From: the human T2T-CHM13v2.0 reference genome, Homo sapiens
NCBI RefSeq assembly: GCF_009914755.1
Contig: NC_060935.1
Strand: one strand, 5' to 3'
Length of the DNA stretch: 64,000 nt
Positions 39,843 through 52,849 of this stretch are shown here, piece by piece. Below the pieces are notes generated by a model. That model did not search any database and was not told the origin of the DNA. It saw nothing but the letters and a program-made list of their open reading frames with translations. Position 1 is the stretch's first letter; every line of letters begins with the position of its first letter. Made by a program: the position numbers and the translations under genes.

Positions 39843-42698
39843 ACCCTTCAAAACCATGCAAATAAATGGAAATTAAATAGCCTGCTCCTAAATAACCATT
39901 GGGTCAACAATGAAATCAAAATAGAAATTAAAAAATTGTTTGAACTGAACAACAATAGTGACACAACCTATTAAAACCTCTTGGATACAGCAAAGACGGC
40001 GCTAAGAGGAAAGTTTATAGCCCTAAATGCCTGCATCAAAATGTCTGAAAGACCACAAACAGACAATCTAAGATCACACCTCAAGGAACTAGAGAAACAA
40101 GAAAAAAACCAAACCCAAACCCAGCAGAAGAAAATAACCAAGATCAGAGCAGAACTAAATGAAATTGAAACAAAAAGAAATACAAAAGATAAATGAAACA
40201 AAAAGCTGGTTCTTTGAAAAGTTAAATAAAATGGATAGACCATTAGCAAGATTAACCAAGAAAAGAAGAGAGAAAATCCAAAGAAGCTCAAATAGAAACA
40301 AAATGGGAGATATTACAACTGACACCACGGAAATACAAAAAGATCATCCAGGGCTACTATGAACACCTTTACATGCATAAACTAGAAAACTAGAGGAAAT
40401 GGATAAATACCTGGAAAGATACAACACTCCTAGCTTAAATCAGGAAAAGTTAGATACCCTAAACAGACCAATAACAAGGAGTGAGGTTGAAATGGTAATA
40501 AAAAAATTACCAACAAAAAAAAAGTCCAGGAACAGATGGATTCTTGCTTATTTCTACCAGTCATTCTACCAAGACAAGGATGCTCACTCTTACCACTTCT
40601 CTTCAGTATAGTACTGGAAGTCCTAGCCAGAGCAATCATTCAAGAGAAAGAAATGAAGGGCATCCAAATAGGTAAAGAAGAAATCAAACTGCCACTGTTT
40701 GCTGATGATATGATTGTATACCTAGAAAACCCTAAAGACTCCTCCAAAAAACTCCTAGAACTGATAAAAGAATTCAGCAAAGTTTCCAGATAAAAGATTA
40801 ATGTACACAAATCAGTAGCTCTCCTGTATTCCAACAGTGACCAAGCTGAGCATCAAATCAAGAACTCAATCCCTTTTACAATAGCAGGAAAAAAAAATGC
40901 TTAGGAATATATCTAACCAAGGAGGTGAAACACCTTTACAAGGAAAACTGCAAAAACTGCTGAAAGAAGTCATAGACAACACAAACAAATGGAAACACGT
41001 CCCATGCTCATGGATGGATAGAATCAATGTTGTGAAAAAGACCATACTGCCAAAAGCAATCTACAAATTCAGTGCAATTCCCATCAAAATATCACCATCA
41101 TTCTTCACAGAACTATAAAAAAAATCCTAAAATTCATATGGAACCAAAAAAATAGCCTGCATAGCCAAAGCAAGACTAAGCAAAAATAACAAATCTGGAG
41201 GCATTGCATTACCTGATTTCAAACTATACAATAAGGCCATAGTCACCAAAATAGCATGGTACTGGTATAAAAATTGGCACATAGACCAATGGAACAGAAA
41301 AGAGAACCCAGAAATAGAGCCAAATACTTACAGCCAACTGATCTTTGACAAAGCAAACAAAAACAAAAAGTGGGGAAAGGACACCCCATTGAACAAATGG
41401 TGCTGGGATAATTGGCAAGCCACATCTAGGAGAATGAAACTGGATCCTCATCTCTCACCTTATGCAAAAATCAACTCAAGATGTATCTAGGACTTAAATC
41501 TAAGACCTGAATCTATAATAAAAATTCTAGAATATTGTAAGAATCCTTTTAGAGATTGTCTTAGGCAAGGATTTCATGACCAAGAGCCCAAAAGCAAATA
41601 CAATAGAAACAAAGATAAATAGCTGGGACTTAATTAAACTAAAAAGCTTTTGCACAACAAAAGGAACAGTCAACAGAGTGAACAGACAACCCACAGGATG
41701 GGAGGAAAATCTTTACAATCTATACATCTGACAAAGGACTAATACCCAGAAGGTACAATGAACTCAAACAAATCAACAAGAAAAAAAAAATCCTATCAAA
41801 AAGTGGGATAAGGACAGGAATAGACAATTCTAAAAGGAGATAGACAAGTGGCTAAGAAACATATGAAAAAATCTCAACATCACTAATGATCAGGGAAATG
41901 CAAATCAAAACCACAGTACGATATCACCTTCTGCAAGAATGGCCATAATCAAAAATTCAAAAAATAGTAGATGTTGATTTGGATGCAGTGAACAGGGAAC
42001 ACTTCTACACTGCTGGTGGGGATGTAAACTAGTATAACCACTGTGGAAAACAGAGTGGATATTCCTTAAAGAACTAAAATAGAACTATCATTTGATCCAG
42101 CAATCCCACTACTGGGTATCTACTCAGAGGAAATGAAGTCATTATATGAAAAAGATACTTGCACACACATGTTCATAGCAGCACAATTAGCAATTGCAAA
42201 AACGTGGATACAACCCAAATTCCTATCAATCAACAAGTGGATAAAGAAACTGTGATATATATATATATATACACACACACACATGTATACATATCATATG
42301 TATATATATGTATACACACACATATACATACAGTGGAATACTACTCAGCCATAAAAAGAAGTGAATGGCATTGGCAGCAATCTGGATGAGATTGGAGACT
42401 ATTATTCTAAGTGAAGTAACCCAGGAATGGAAAATCAAACATCATATAATCTCACTCATAATTGGGAGCTAAGCTATGAGGATGCGAAGGCATGAGAATG
42501 ATACAATGGACTTTGGGGACTCAGAGGGAAAGGGTGGGAAGGGGGTGAGGGGTAAAAGACTACAAACTGGATACAGTGTATACTGCTTGGGTGATGGATG
42601 CACCAAAATCTCACCAGTCACCACTAAAGAACTTACTAATGTAACCAAATGCCACCTGTTTTCCAATAACCTATGAAAATAAAAAAAAACTAAAAAAT
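39843..42698 (+). mobile_element. L1PB-type LINE-1, 5'-truncated, with an internal ORF2 deletion
   Basis: ORF2 remnants ([37 protein letters not shown]), L1PB1-like 3' UTR; TSD aaaacttaggtt(c/t)cctggaa at 39823-39842 and 42699-42718 at a TT/AAAA site. Confidence 0.93.
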
Positions 42699-44085
42699 AA
42701 AACTTAGGTTTCCTGGAAGCATAGTCCTTAGTGAGAGGAGGCGGTGATGGTAAACAAACTAGAATAAAGGCCAGACAAAGCCTACTCAGAGATAAAATAA
42801 ACACACTTGAATAAAGGCTGAAGAAAACCTACCTAGGGGTAGCTGAAGAGATAGAAGCTTTTGAAAACAGATTTTATCCACTTCACAGCATTACATAGTC
42901 TTGCCCTCGTTTTCACCTTTTTGCCCAGTTGTCCTCATTGTAATTCAGTAATGTAATTTTGTACCTTAGTAATGTAGATAATATGTTCCCTGGTTAGTAA
43001 GCTCAAAGATGACAAGAAGCTGTGTTTTTGACCCTTCATTCTTCCAAGATTGTTTATCAGCCTAATTGAGTTTTTGGCGGAGGCTAACAAGGCCTCATCC
43101 AGTGATAAGACAGCAGGCCATTGCTTATTTATTTCTAATAAATGGCTAGGGATAGGTTATTTTGCCAAATAGCATTTAGCATGCCTATTCTCCCTGCTGT
43201 ATCCCCAGTGCTTCTTCAAGATTCATTTCCAAAATGGTAACTAGAGTTTACAAAGAAACAAAGTTCCAGAAGTTAATCTCATCCATTCACCTTTTAGAAG
43301 TAGAAGTAAAAAGTTAATGAGGTAATTAACCTTTTGTTTTTGTATGTGATAAAGACCTGAAACTTGGCATGCTTAAGTAGAAGGTGGTCTTCATTTGCTA
43401 TCTATTAAAATCTTCTCTTTCTCCAAAAGAGACAAAGGGTATCTTCATACTGAATCCATGCATTTCTGATTTTTCTTCCTCAATGGTTCGTCAGAACACC
43501 TCACACTCAGCTAGTGTATGCATGGATAGAGCATTGTTTGAGACTGAAACTGATATATGAATAGGAAAATGATGTTTAGTTTGTAGGAATGTAAAGTCTG
43601 ACATTGTCCATCTTTATCATTTAAGTTTGATTTTGGCATTTTCCACTCTCTAACTTCCTGTCTTCCATATTCTTTCTCCACCTCCTACCCTACCCCCACT
43701 TCCAACCAATAAGCTTATATCAATAAATATTTGTTGGCTAGTAACTATATGCCTCAGATACTGCTCTCATCTTTGGGGGATACAAAAATAAAAGCTGGAG
43801 ACGTAAGCATTTTCTCAAAAATACTCATAATCTGGATGGGAAGACACACTGTGCACACTGTGGTCTGCAGAGTACTGGTATCTGCTGTGATAGTCATATG
43901 ATCAATATCCTGTGGGAGTTTGAAGAAGGGCCTCGAGACTTAGCCTAGGAATATTAGGGAAGGCTCAGCAAGGAGGTAAAACTTGGCTGAGGTTTAAAAA
44001 ATGAGTAAGAGGTGTTCAGATAGGGAACAAGTGGAACAGAGAGAAGGATTGAAGAGGTCCAGGGGGAGCTAGAATTTATAAGTCG

Positions 44086-44553
44086 TGTTACATGGTGGCA
44101 TGCCAGACCCCTGTTAACTTCAATAGGATGGCACCAGGTTCAAGCAGCTGAAGAAGAGACCCAGAGCCAGCACACAAAACACAGGGCTTTATTAGTGGGA
44201 AACTTACATACGGAGTGGTCCAGTGACAGTGGGATGGAACAGAAGAACCACCAACCCACTTGTAAAAAGCATGCAGGTTACATAGTATTTTCACTTAACA
44301 CCCTCCCACTAACAACCTCCACCTGGCAATTTTTATTTAACCCAAGGCAAAGGCCTCGATCCCCTGAATGGCCTGTGTTCCACTGGATGGGCTGAGGGTT
44401 CAGATGTTCCACATAGATAAGTAATGAATCTCCAGTTGGCCACTCTCAATTCCTTAGTTTGGAACTCTGAACACACATTCAGGGTATCTGCCATACAGGC
44501 TCATTCTCAAGGTGTGCTTAAGTTAGGACTGTCAAATGCATCTGCCATGCGCA
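44086..44553 (-). mobile_element. ERVL-class solo LTR (LTR47/LTR32-like; family uncertain) inserted in an L2
   Basis: About 465 bp starting tgtta, reverse poly(A)-like tttatt, repeated atctgccat blocks and ttctcaaggtgtgcttaagtt; flanked by L2-like sequence. Confidence 0.65.
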
Positions 44554-45664
44554 TGGTAGAAATCAAGGCTTTCTCACGTGGGAATGGCAGCAAAAAAGGT
44601 TTTTAGGAGGTAAGGAGATGCCTTTTCTTTAAGGACCCTTGGATACTGGGCTAAAGGAAGTCCTTCTCTATTGAAGGTTGTGGAGAGATGATAAACGCTG
44701 GGGAGTGAAATACTGTCCATTTAAAGAGAACATTCTGGCAGCTGTGTGGAACGTTAAATATAGGTGGGTCGTGAAACACAGGGCTGAGAGCTGTGTAATT
44801 GCTAATTTAACCTGGAGAGATGTGACTGGAGACAAGCTAAGGCGGCGGGGAGACCCTGGACTGGGCACAGAAGATGAAGGAGAGGCCTTGGTCTAGGGTG
44901 ACTGGACAGTTGGCTGAATATAGTGCCATTCACTGAGAGGAGATAAATCAGTGGAGTAGAGAAGCCTGGGACCTGCATTGAGGGTGTGTTTTTGAGGTGT
45001 CCGTGGGAGTGGGACAGTTTATAGATAAGAAGCTTGGCAGAAACATCTGGGTTGGAGAAAGCATTATTAAGCGTTCACTTCACCTGATATTTGAAGCTTG
45101 AAAATGCATTAGTCGACCCATGGATGGAGTGTAGAGTGTTTTCTTATCTTGAAATGTAAGATTAAGTTGGTTGAGTCTGTCTTTGCTCCTTTTACTCTGC
45201 AAAAGAATTCTTGAAAGGTCACCTGAGTCAAAAGGCTGTTAAGATAACACCTAGGTGCTCTCATGATGACATATGAAGTGGGAATTGGGAAGCTTTGGGG
45301 TAAGGTACACTATGTCATTAGCTTTGTATCTTTATGTTAGTATGCAAAGCTATTTTAATTTTGATGGTTGTAACATACATTCCAATTTTACTGTATTCCT
45401 GAATTATCCGAGAACGTGCATTTTTCCCTCCAACATTTTCAGATTAGTAATTTAGATTAATTAAAATATTCCTTAACTATTAATATACTTGAATGTGTTA
45501 GGACACTACTGAAAGCAGAAAGTTACAAACCGGATGTGATTATCGACATTATGTTTTGTTGTTAGGATTCTGTGTTTGGGGACCGGGTTAACATGGAGAT
45601 AAGGAGAGTTTTACAACCAGCAACCATCTTCCTGCTCATGTAAACTGGACATCTAAGGAGCTAA

Positions 45665-45949
<285 letters not shown>

Positions 45950-47454
45950 TAACTTTTCTTTCCCACTAAATATAGTAGATATCTCTTAATTTTTTAGGAG
46001 GCAAAAGAAAGAGAAGCGAGCAGTTTTTCATAATTATATAGGATGATTCAGGTGGCACATGGCATAGCCTTTCTGCTTTACCTTATTATCTGATTGTACG
46101 CATCGTGATAAGTGCAGGAGAGTGTGAATGTCTCAAATGTCTCAAGCTGTCTGGAAGAAAAGTAGTTTTTAAGCTTCATTTTCTGGAGAAGAATCTTAAA
46201 CAGCCTCATAGCCAATTCTATGAACTGAAAGTAATTCAAGCCATGGCCTAAGGGTAAGACCAAAAGAGGTCAGATGTTAATGATTTATTAAATGATTGTA
46301 TTTTCTGTTGGAACATGCTTTTCACAGATAAGGAAAAGTGTAATTTTTTTAATGTTGTTTGTCATATGTTTTAAAGAGAATTTGTCTAGTATTGACATAT
46401 CACTCATTCTTCACATGATGTAAGACCTCACATTAAGGGCTGAAAGAGGCTCTTTACTTCCTTGGGTAAGAAAGGCTTTTGACAGCTGTACAGTGTGGAA
46501 AACTGGCCCATAGTTTATGACCAGATCTGGATTTGGAAAAGACCAGGGCCGAGAGTTATAACATATGGAACTTATTTGGGAAGTAATTCTTAGCTATGAC
46601 TAAGAGCCTGTGCTCAAACGCCTGGGAAAGTTTGAAAGAAAATCTTTGCAAAATAAATCATATCTCTTGTTTGCTAAATTGTAGGACGTAGATAACTTTT
46701 GGGTATTCATGGACTTTGTATTCTGTGTTAAAGCTCTAAAGTTTTCTCTTTCAGTTAATTTTTTTTTTGGTTTTATTTTTAACAACACTGTGATTAAATT
46801 TGCTGGCTTATTCAATCAAGGAATTATTTATTTAAAAAGATTATTTTCTCTTCCCCCTAATTCTCAGAGATCCTTAAAATGTTCACATCCAAACAGACAC
46901 TAAGGGGCTAGTTTATAGTAAAGATATACTGTGTGTGTGTATTAGCTTCTGGTGCTGTTTTTTCTTAGCTGTACAAGTTCCAATTACCATGTTTCCTGTG
47001 TTTATTTATATCGAGATAGCATGTGACATAAACATCCCAAGTAAGTGTTGTTCCAGGGAAAGTGAACTAGGAAAAGGTAATATTATGATGCTTACGTTTC
47101 TGAAGGAATATTCCTTTTTTCTCATTTCTCAAACTTTAATTGGGTAGAATTATGTATGAGAAATGCTCCTCCTTTAATGATCTCTTCTTAACCTTACTGT
47201 AGCCGTGCTGATCCTTACCTCATCATTATATTATTTCAAGTAAGCATTTCATAAGCCAAGAACAATCATCATTATTCTACTGAAGTTGACTTTTTATCAC
47301 ACACATAAACATGGCATCAGCACAATACTGAAACCGTGTTTGGGGATGCAATAGACAGTGCGTATCACTTTTCAAAAAAGATTTTAATAGGGAAAATAAC
47401 TACTTTTGAAGATATAGAAATTAGAAAATATGAAAATAATACGTAGGCTACGTG

Positions 47455-47738
47455 GTTCCACTGTAACTTAAGGCTCCTAGGCTACAGATCTATACAGGAT
47501 ATCACTGTACTGAATACTGTAGGTGATTGTAACACAATGGTAAGCATCTGTGTATCTAAACATATTAAACACAGAAAAGGTAATGTGTTGTACTGCAATG
47601 TCACAACAGCTATGACATCACTAGGTGACAGGAATTCTTCAGCTCCATTATAATCTTATGGGACCTCTGTAGTATATGCAGTCTTGTTGACCATATATAC
47701 CGTGTTGTGGTCATAATGTGGCTGTTATGTGTTATGTA
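47455..47738. mobile_element. MER47A/Tigger-derived MITE
   Basis: gctcctaggctaca...ctgtactgaatactgtagg...cagctccattataatcttatgggacc. Confidence 0.8.
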
Positions 47739-48052
47739 TTTATTCAAAAAACACCTATATTAAACAACAAATAGTGGTAAAGAGTGCTAACTATACAAGA
47801 TCTCTTTTATCTAGTTATTAAAGCATGTCTTTTAAACATGTATCTGTTAACCTATAACATTTCCAATTAAATATGTCTTTTCCAATATTGAAAAGATTAA
47901 ATTCATTTGTACTTCTTTATACTTAAACTTAATTTTACACATGTAAGGCTTTCTGGTTTCTGAGTTTCCCTAACAACATTGGCACAAACTTCTACTCTAG
48001 CACTGGTGACAGTTTTAGCTTCACAAGTCTATCTGGGAGATAGTAGCTTTCT

Positions 48053-48360
48053 TTTTTTTTTTTTTTTTTTTTTTTTTTGAGATGGAGTCTCGCTCTGTCA
48101 CTCAGGCTTGAGTGCAGTGGCAGGATCTCAGCTCACAGCAACCTCCGCCACCCAGGTTCAAATGATTCTTATGCCTCAGTCTCCCAAGTAGCTTGGATTA
48201 CAGACGTGTGCCACCATGCCTGGCTAATTTTCATATTGTTAGTAGAGACGGGGTTTTACCATGTTGGCCAGGCTGGTCTTAAACTCCTGACCTCAGGTGA
48301 TCCACCCACCTCGGCCTCCGAAAGTGCTGGGATTACAGGTGTGAGCCACTGCGCCTGGCC
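48053..48360 (-). mobile_element. AluSx-type element
   Basis: 17-bp TSD ggagatagtagctttct at 48036-48052 and 48362-48378. Confidence 0.92.
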
Positions 48361-48504
48361 AGGAGATAGTAGCTTTCTATGGTGCTAGACTGTGAAAGAT
48401 TCTAGGGATGAACCTGAACACTGAATGAATGATCACAAAATGTTAGCTATAAACATTATTTGCTAACAAGAGCAACAGCATTCATGGTGCATGCCATTTA
48501 TATT

Positions 48505-48952
48505 TAGTCATGTATTCATAACATTTCAGTCAGCAATGAGTCACATACATGATATTGATCCCATAAGATTATAATGGAGCTAAACAATTCCTATCGCCTA
48601 ATGACATCATAGCTGCCTTAACATCATAGTGCAATACATTACGTGTTTCTGGTGATGCCAGTGCAAACAAATCTGTGCTGCCCATCTGTGGAAGTATGGC
48701 ACATAGAATTGTGTGTAATACGTAGCACTTGATCATGATAATGAACACCTTTGTTATTGGTTTATGTATTACTATACTTTTGATCATTATTTTAGAGTGT
48801 ATACTTCTACTTATAATGAAGTTAACCATAAAACAGTCTCAGGCATGTTCTTCAGAAGGCATTCCATGTATACAATGTTTGCACGATGACAAAATCGCCT
48901 AACGATCCATTTCTCAGAACACATGCCCATTGTTAAGCAATGCGTAATTACG
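48505..48952. mobile_element. MER47B/Tigger5-type element, opposite orientation to the one at 47455
   Basis: agtcatg...cccataagattataatggagct...atttctcagaac...gttaagcaatgcgtaatt. Confidence 0.8.
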
Positions 48953-48965
48953 TATTTGGCTCCAG

Positions 48966-49203
48966 GCAGTGGTATGTTGGTAAAAAGTTAACCACTGGCA
49001 CTCAGGTGCATGTTGTATGCACATGCATGCATACATGTGCCTATGTATGTGTGAGAAATCTGATTGGTAGTGCTTGCTGATCTTCACTGAGTAAATCCTC
49101 CCACCTTGGCTGATTTCAACACAAGGTCACTTACCCAGTGCAGGTTGGGAAGAGATGAGCACAAAGGTTCTGTGAGCCACTATGAGCCTGCTTTAACACA
49201 CTG
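48966..49203. mobile_element. MER63-like hAT element
   Basis: cagtggtatgttggtaaa...cctcccaccttggctgatttcaa...acacactg. Confidence 0.6.
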
Positions 49204-52200
49204 CTGGCCCCAGACCTAATTTTCCTTAATTTCTCCCTGTATTAGTTAGATCATTCTCTGCTTTATTTATGTACATCTGTATCCTGCATAGTTCCTTCCT
49301 TCTTTCCCTCTTCTCTCCTGTCCTCCTCTTTATTCCCATTCTCCCCCATTAATGCACAACTACAATAAGTAATTTAAGAAATTGCATATATATTGGGATA
49401 TCTTCCATTTTTCTTAAACTTTTAGCAATCTGCTATTATCTAAATACTGAACAATTATGATTAAATTATATTAACGTTCAGCTACTAAAATGCAATTGCT
49501 ATAAAATATGACTGGGAATTTATTTAATGCATTTTATTTGCTTTTAAACTTGCAAAGGCTATCAGAAGTTTGCTTAAATTCACGAATGAATAATTTATAA
49601 CAGATGAATGATTTTATTTTTTCAACCCAAAGATACTTAGTAGGGAATACCAAGAAGAATAGAGCAAAATTAGCCAGAAGAAATAGCATTAAGCGGGAGG
49701 AAGGGAGTGATATAAATTATCACTTTGCTGAAGCTCCCTCCCCTTGCTCCCATACACAAAGCCACTTTCCCCCACTCTAAGTTAGGGGTTAGAACATGTA
49801 AAAAGAAATATTTTTGAGGCCCTAATTAGCTCAGCTTGGGATGTACAGTGTCTCTGATTTTTGAGGTGGGAGAATGGGAGGAGGTGTATTTTCATGAACA
49901 TGAGGATATTGACATAAATGGGGCAACTGTGTTACAGGAATATTTTTGGCCATCTTCTATAGTACTAACAAACATAGGAACATCACTGGAGTGGTCTAAT
50001 TGTGCCACCAGAGGTACAAAGTTCAGCAGACCCTGGTGTTTCCTTAGAATGTGCAAAGGTAGAGGACTGGCTGAAGTAACCTTACCAGTATCCCCGAAGA
50101 ACATTTTTACCTAGTCAAATGCAGGAGCGAGTATTTAACCTGTTGGAATGAAACAACTTCAGGGTGCAACATTTCTTAAATCTCTCTCTGAGAATACAGG
50201 TTCTGAATGACATAATTTAAATATCTTCCCTGTGTGACCTTTGAGTTAATATAGTCTTTTAAAAAATTCTATAAAATTGCTTTCTTAAATGCATACATTT
50301 TGGTCAAAATCAAAAAAGTATTTTTTTAAAAGTGAATGTATATGCAGGTCATTTGGAGTAATTATTTTAAGCAGCTTTTAAGATGTCAATCCTAATTTGA
50401 CCTTTCACATATCTTGATATTTATAGTTGAAAAGAAGTTTGACTTTGTTTTCTGACTGTTTTTAGCCTCCAATATTAAAGGGTTATAAATGAAAAAGCAG
50501 TAATCAGGCTGGTGATAAGTAGATAAGTGGGGAGGCAATATGCTATGGTTAAGTCTGGTATTTGAAAATGTTTCCACAATGCTTAAATGTTTAAAAAGTG
50601 TTCTTACTTTAATCCCCCATTAGAGATTGCTGGGTAGAAAGGAATAAAACAAAAGTAGTTTCAGAACAAGAAGAAGGATACAATAAATAACCTACCTTTG
50701 TGGTTCAAATAACTTAGTACACAAATAGTTTCATTTGTTACCACCTAGAGTTATGATGTTAATTACATCACAGTGGATTATATGAAATTTTACAATCTAC
50801 TCTCCTCTCCCACTTCCTCTGCTAGATTCTGTGAAAATGGTCAATTCCTTCTTGGTTGAATGGTTTTCCATTCCTCCACCTTATGAGTATAGATGGTTTT
50901 ATTTAAAAAATAGCAAACTTTAATTTGATTTATACATTCAGCAGTAGTTATAAACTCTAGAAGTAGAGAGGATTGCTTGCCATTTTACCCCTATTAACTG
51001 CTCTTCTACAGTTAATAAGCTTTGACATCAAGTATGTGCTAGTGAGATTTCACTCTTATACTAAAACTCCAATAGCAGCTTCCTAATTCATTGAAAAAAA
51101 AAAATCTAGAGCACTGCAATTGGCCTACTCAAAAGAAAGAATTTAATGGGCAATTAATGCTTTATTAATAAGTTTTTATGATCATTAGACATAAAGTAAA
51201 AAATTTAAGCTTTATAAGCAGGTCATGAGATAAGGACATATTATCATCTTTATTATATAGAAAAGAAAACTTAGTTTGAGTAACTCGATCAAGATTGCAT
51301 AGTTGTCATGGTTAGGCCAATTAATTAAAAATAAATGGGAGTATTCTCCTGAGAGTGTATTGCTTCTGCTTATCTTCTGAAAAAGAAGAGGCTATTCATA
51401 TAGCACAATTCTCCAGAAACTTAAATTAATTTTCCCAATATATTTCCATAGGAAAAGTATTATTGCTGGTAAAAATGGAGAAAGATGAAAGTTATATTAA
51501 ATTCAAGTAAGAGTTAGATCTAACTGATGAGGTCCAATGGGGTGGGATTCATAGTGGAACTCTGTCACTAAGTAGATCCAAAACATTCAAATGCTGAAGC
51601 AGCAAGTGATGTTCAAGTCAGAATTAATTGAATGACTAGTATCCAGATAGCCTTACATAGCATTTGTTTTTAGATGACAATATGTTTTTTTCAGTCGTTT
51701 GCTCACATTAAAGTGTATGAAGTAAAATGTATTCAGTCCTTGACTTCTGATTACTTATTAATGCAAGACGTGCTCGTGTATCCATCCTCTATACCTCGTG
51801 TGAGTTTTGGCCATTGAGATCTAGTTTAGTGGTGCTGTGGATTTGCTGACCTAGAGAAGAATGTCTATATTATGTAGCTATAGAGAGTTAAATTGGCCAG
51901 TACCAGGGAGTGAACCCCAGGCTAGCACCCCAGTTCCCCACCCCTTGCCAGAACTTCTTTCTAAGAAGCTATTGAGGAAGGAAGAACTAGATACAGTTTG
52001 GGACAAGGCAGAGAAGAGATGCTTGCTTGTAATCAATCACAAATTAGAACTGTGATGTGATTTTCAGCTGTGATGTGATTCAGTTGCAAATATGAATGGG
52101 AAAATAACCCATTCTTTTACGTCGAAGACGGTGTAGATAGCTTCTGCATCGATTATGATCATTTCACTTATTATTACCTACCTTTGTGGTCTTTCCACTT

Positions 52201-52307
52201 TGTATTGATTGTTTATATTGACATCTCAACAGGAAATTATTTTTGCAATGAACTGTACCATTTATGTTTTTTGTTGTAAATAGTGTAGCGTATTATAGCC
52301 TTAAGCA

Positions 52308-52368
52308 ATTGCTTTAAATAGTACTTTAGAATATCAGAAGTATTGCTTTAAATAGTACTTGAGAATAT
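52308..52368. repeat. 27-bp direct repeat, period 34
   Basis: attgctttaaatagtactt(t/g)agaatat at 52308-52334 and 52342-52368. Confidence 0.9.
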
Positions 52369-52830
52369 ATAACTAAATCTTTGCATCAAAACTGAGTGTT
52401 TTATTGCTTTGAAAATGAGAGGTAAGGAATTGTAATTTTTCTGACATTCGGATGTGTTAGCTAATGAGTTGCAAGATAATGGGACATATAGTCATTAATT
52501 AGTGATGAGCTGTGACTGGCACCAACATCACTGGATTTTAATCAAAACCTGGAAAGGGAAGTAGTGTAAAAATAAAATTGTTAAGAGACATACCTTTCAG
52601 ATTTATTTTATTCCATTGCTACTTTTTTTAATGAATAAGTGTGGCAAGATTATCAGCAGTGAAAAGCAAGCACTGAAAATTCCTATCAGATAGCACTTGA
52701 AAATGCATGATCCATAGAAAATTATAATTCATGATTATGTGGGGGAAAAAAAGGAAATCCAAACATATTTGGAGAATCATTCTTCAAACCACATAAAAGC
52801 GTTTCTAGCCATTACTTTTGAATGATTTAT

Positions 52831-52849
52831 GTGCACCCCCTTGTGGCTA
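52831..52849 (-). promoter_or_regulatory. Candidate CTCF motif
   Basis: Reverse complement TAGCCACAAGGGGGTGCAC resembles the CTCF core CCASYAGRKGGCR. Confidence 0.4.

Noticed and set aside
39971-41451. Reverse-transcriptase-like ORFs (FADD motif) as a novel RT system
   Set aside because: Fragmented LINE-1 ORF2 with stops, frameshifts, 5' truncation and an internal deletion.
52049-52368. Short direct repeats resembling a CRISPR-like array
   Set aside because: Only two-copy local duplications in eukaryotic intron; no spacer array or cas genes.
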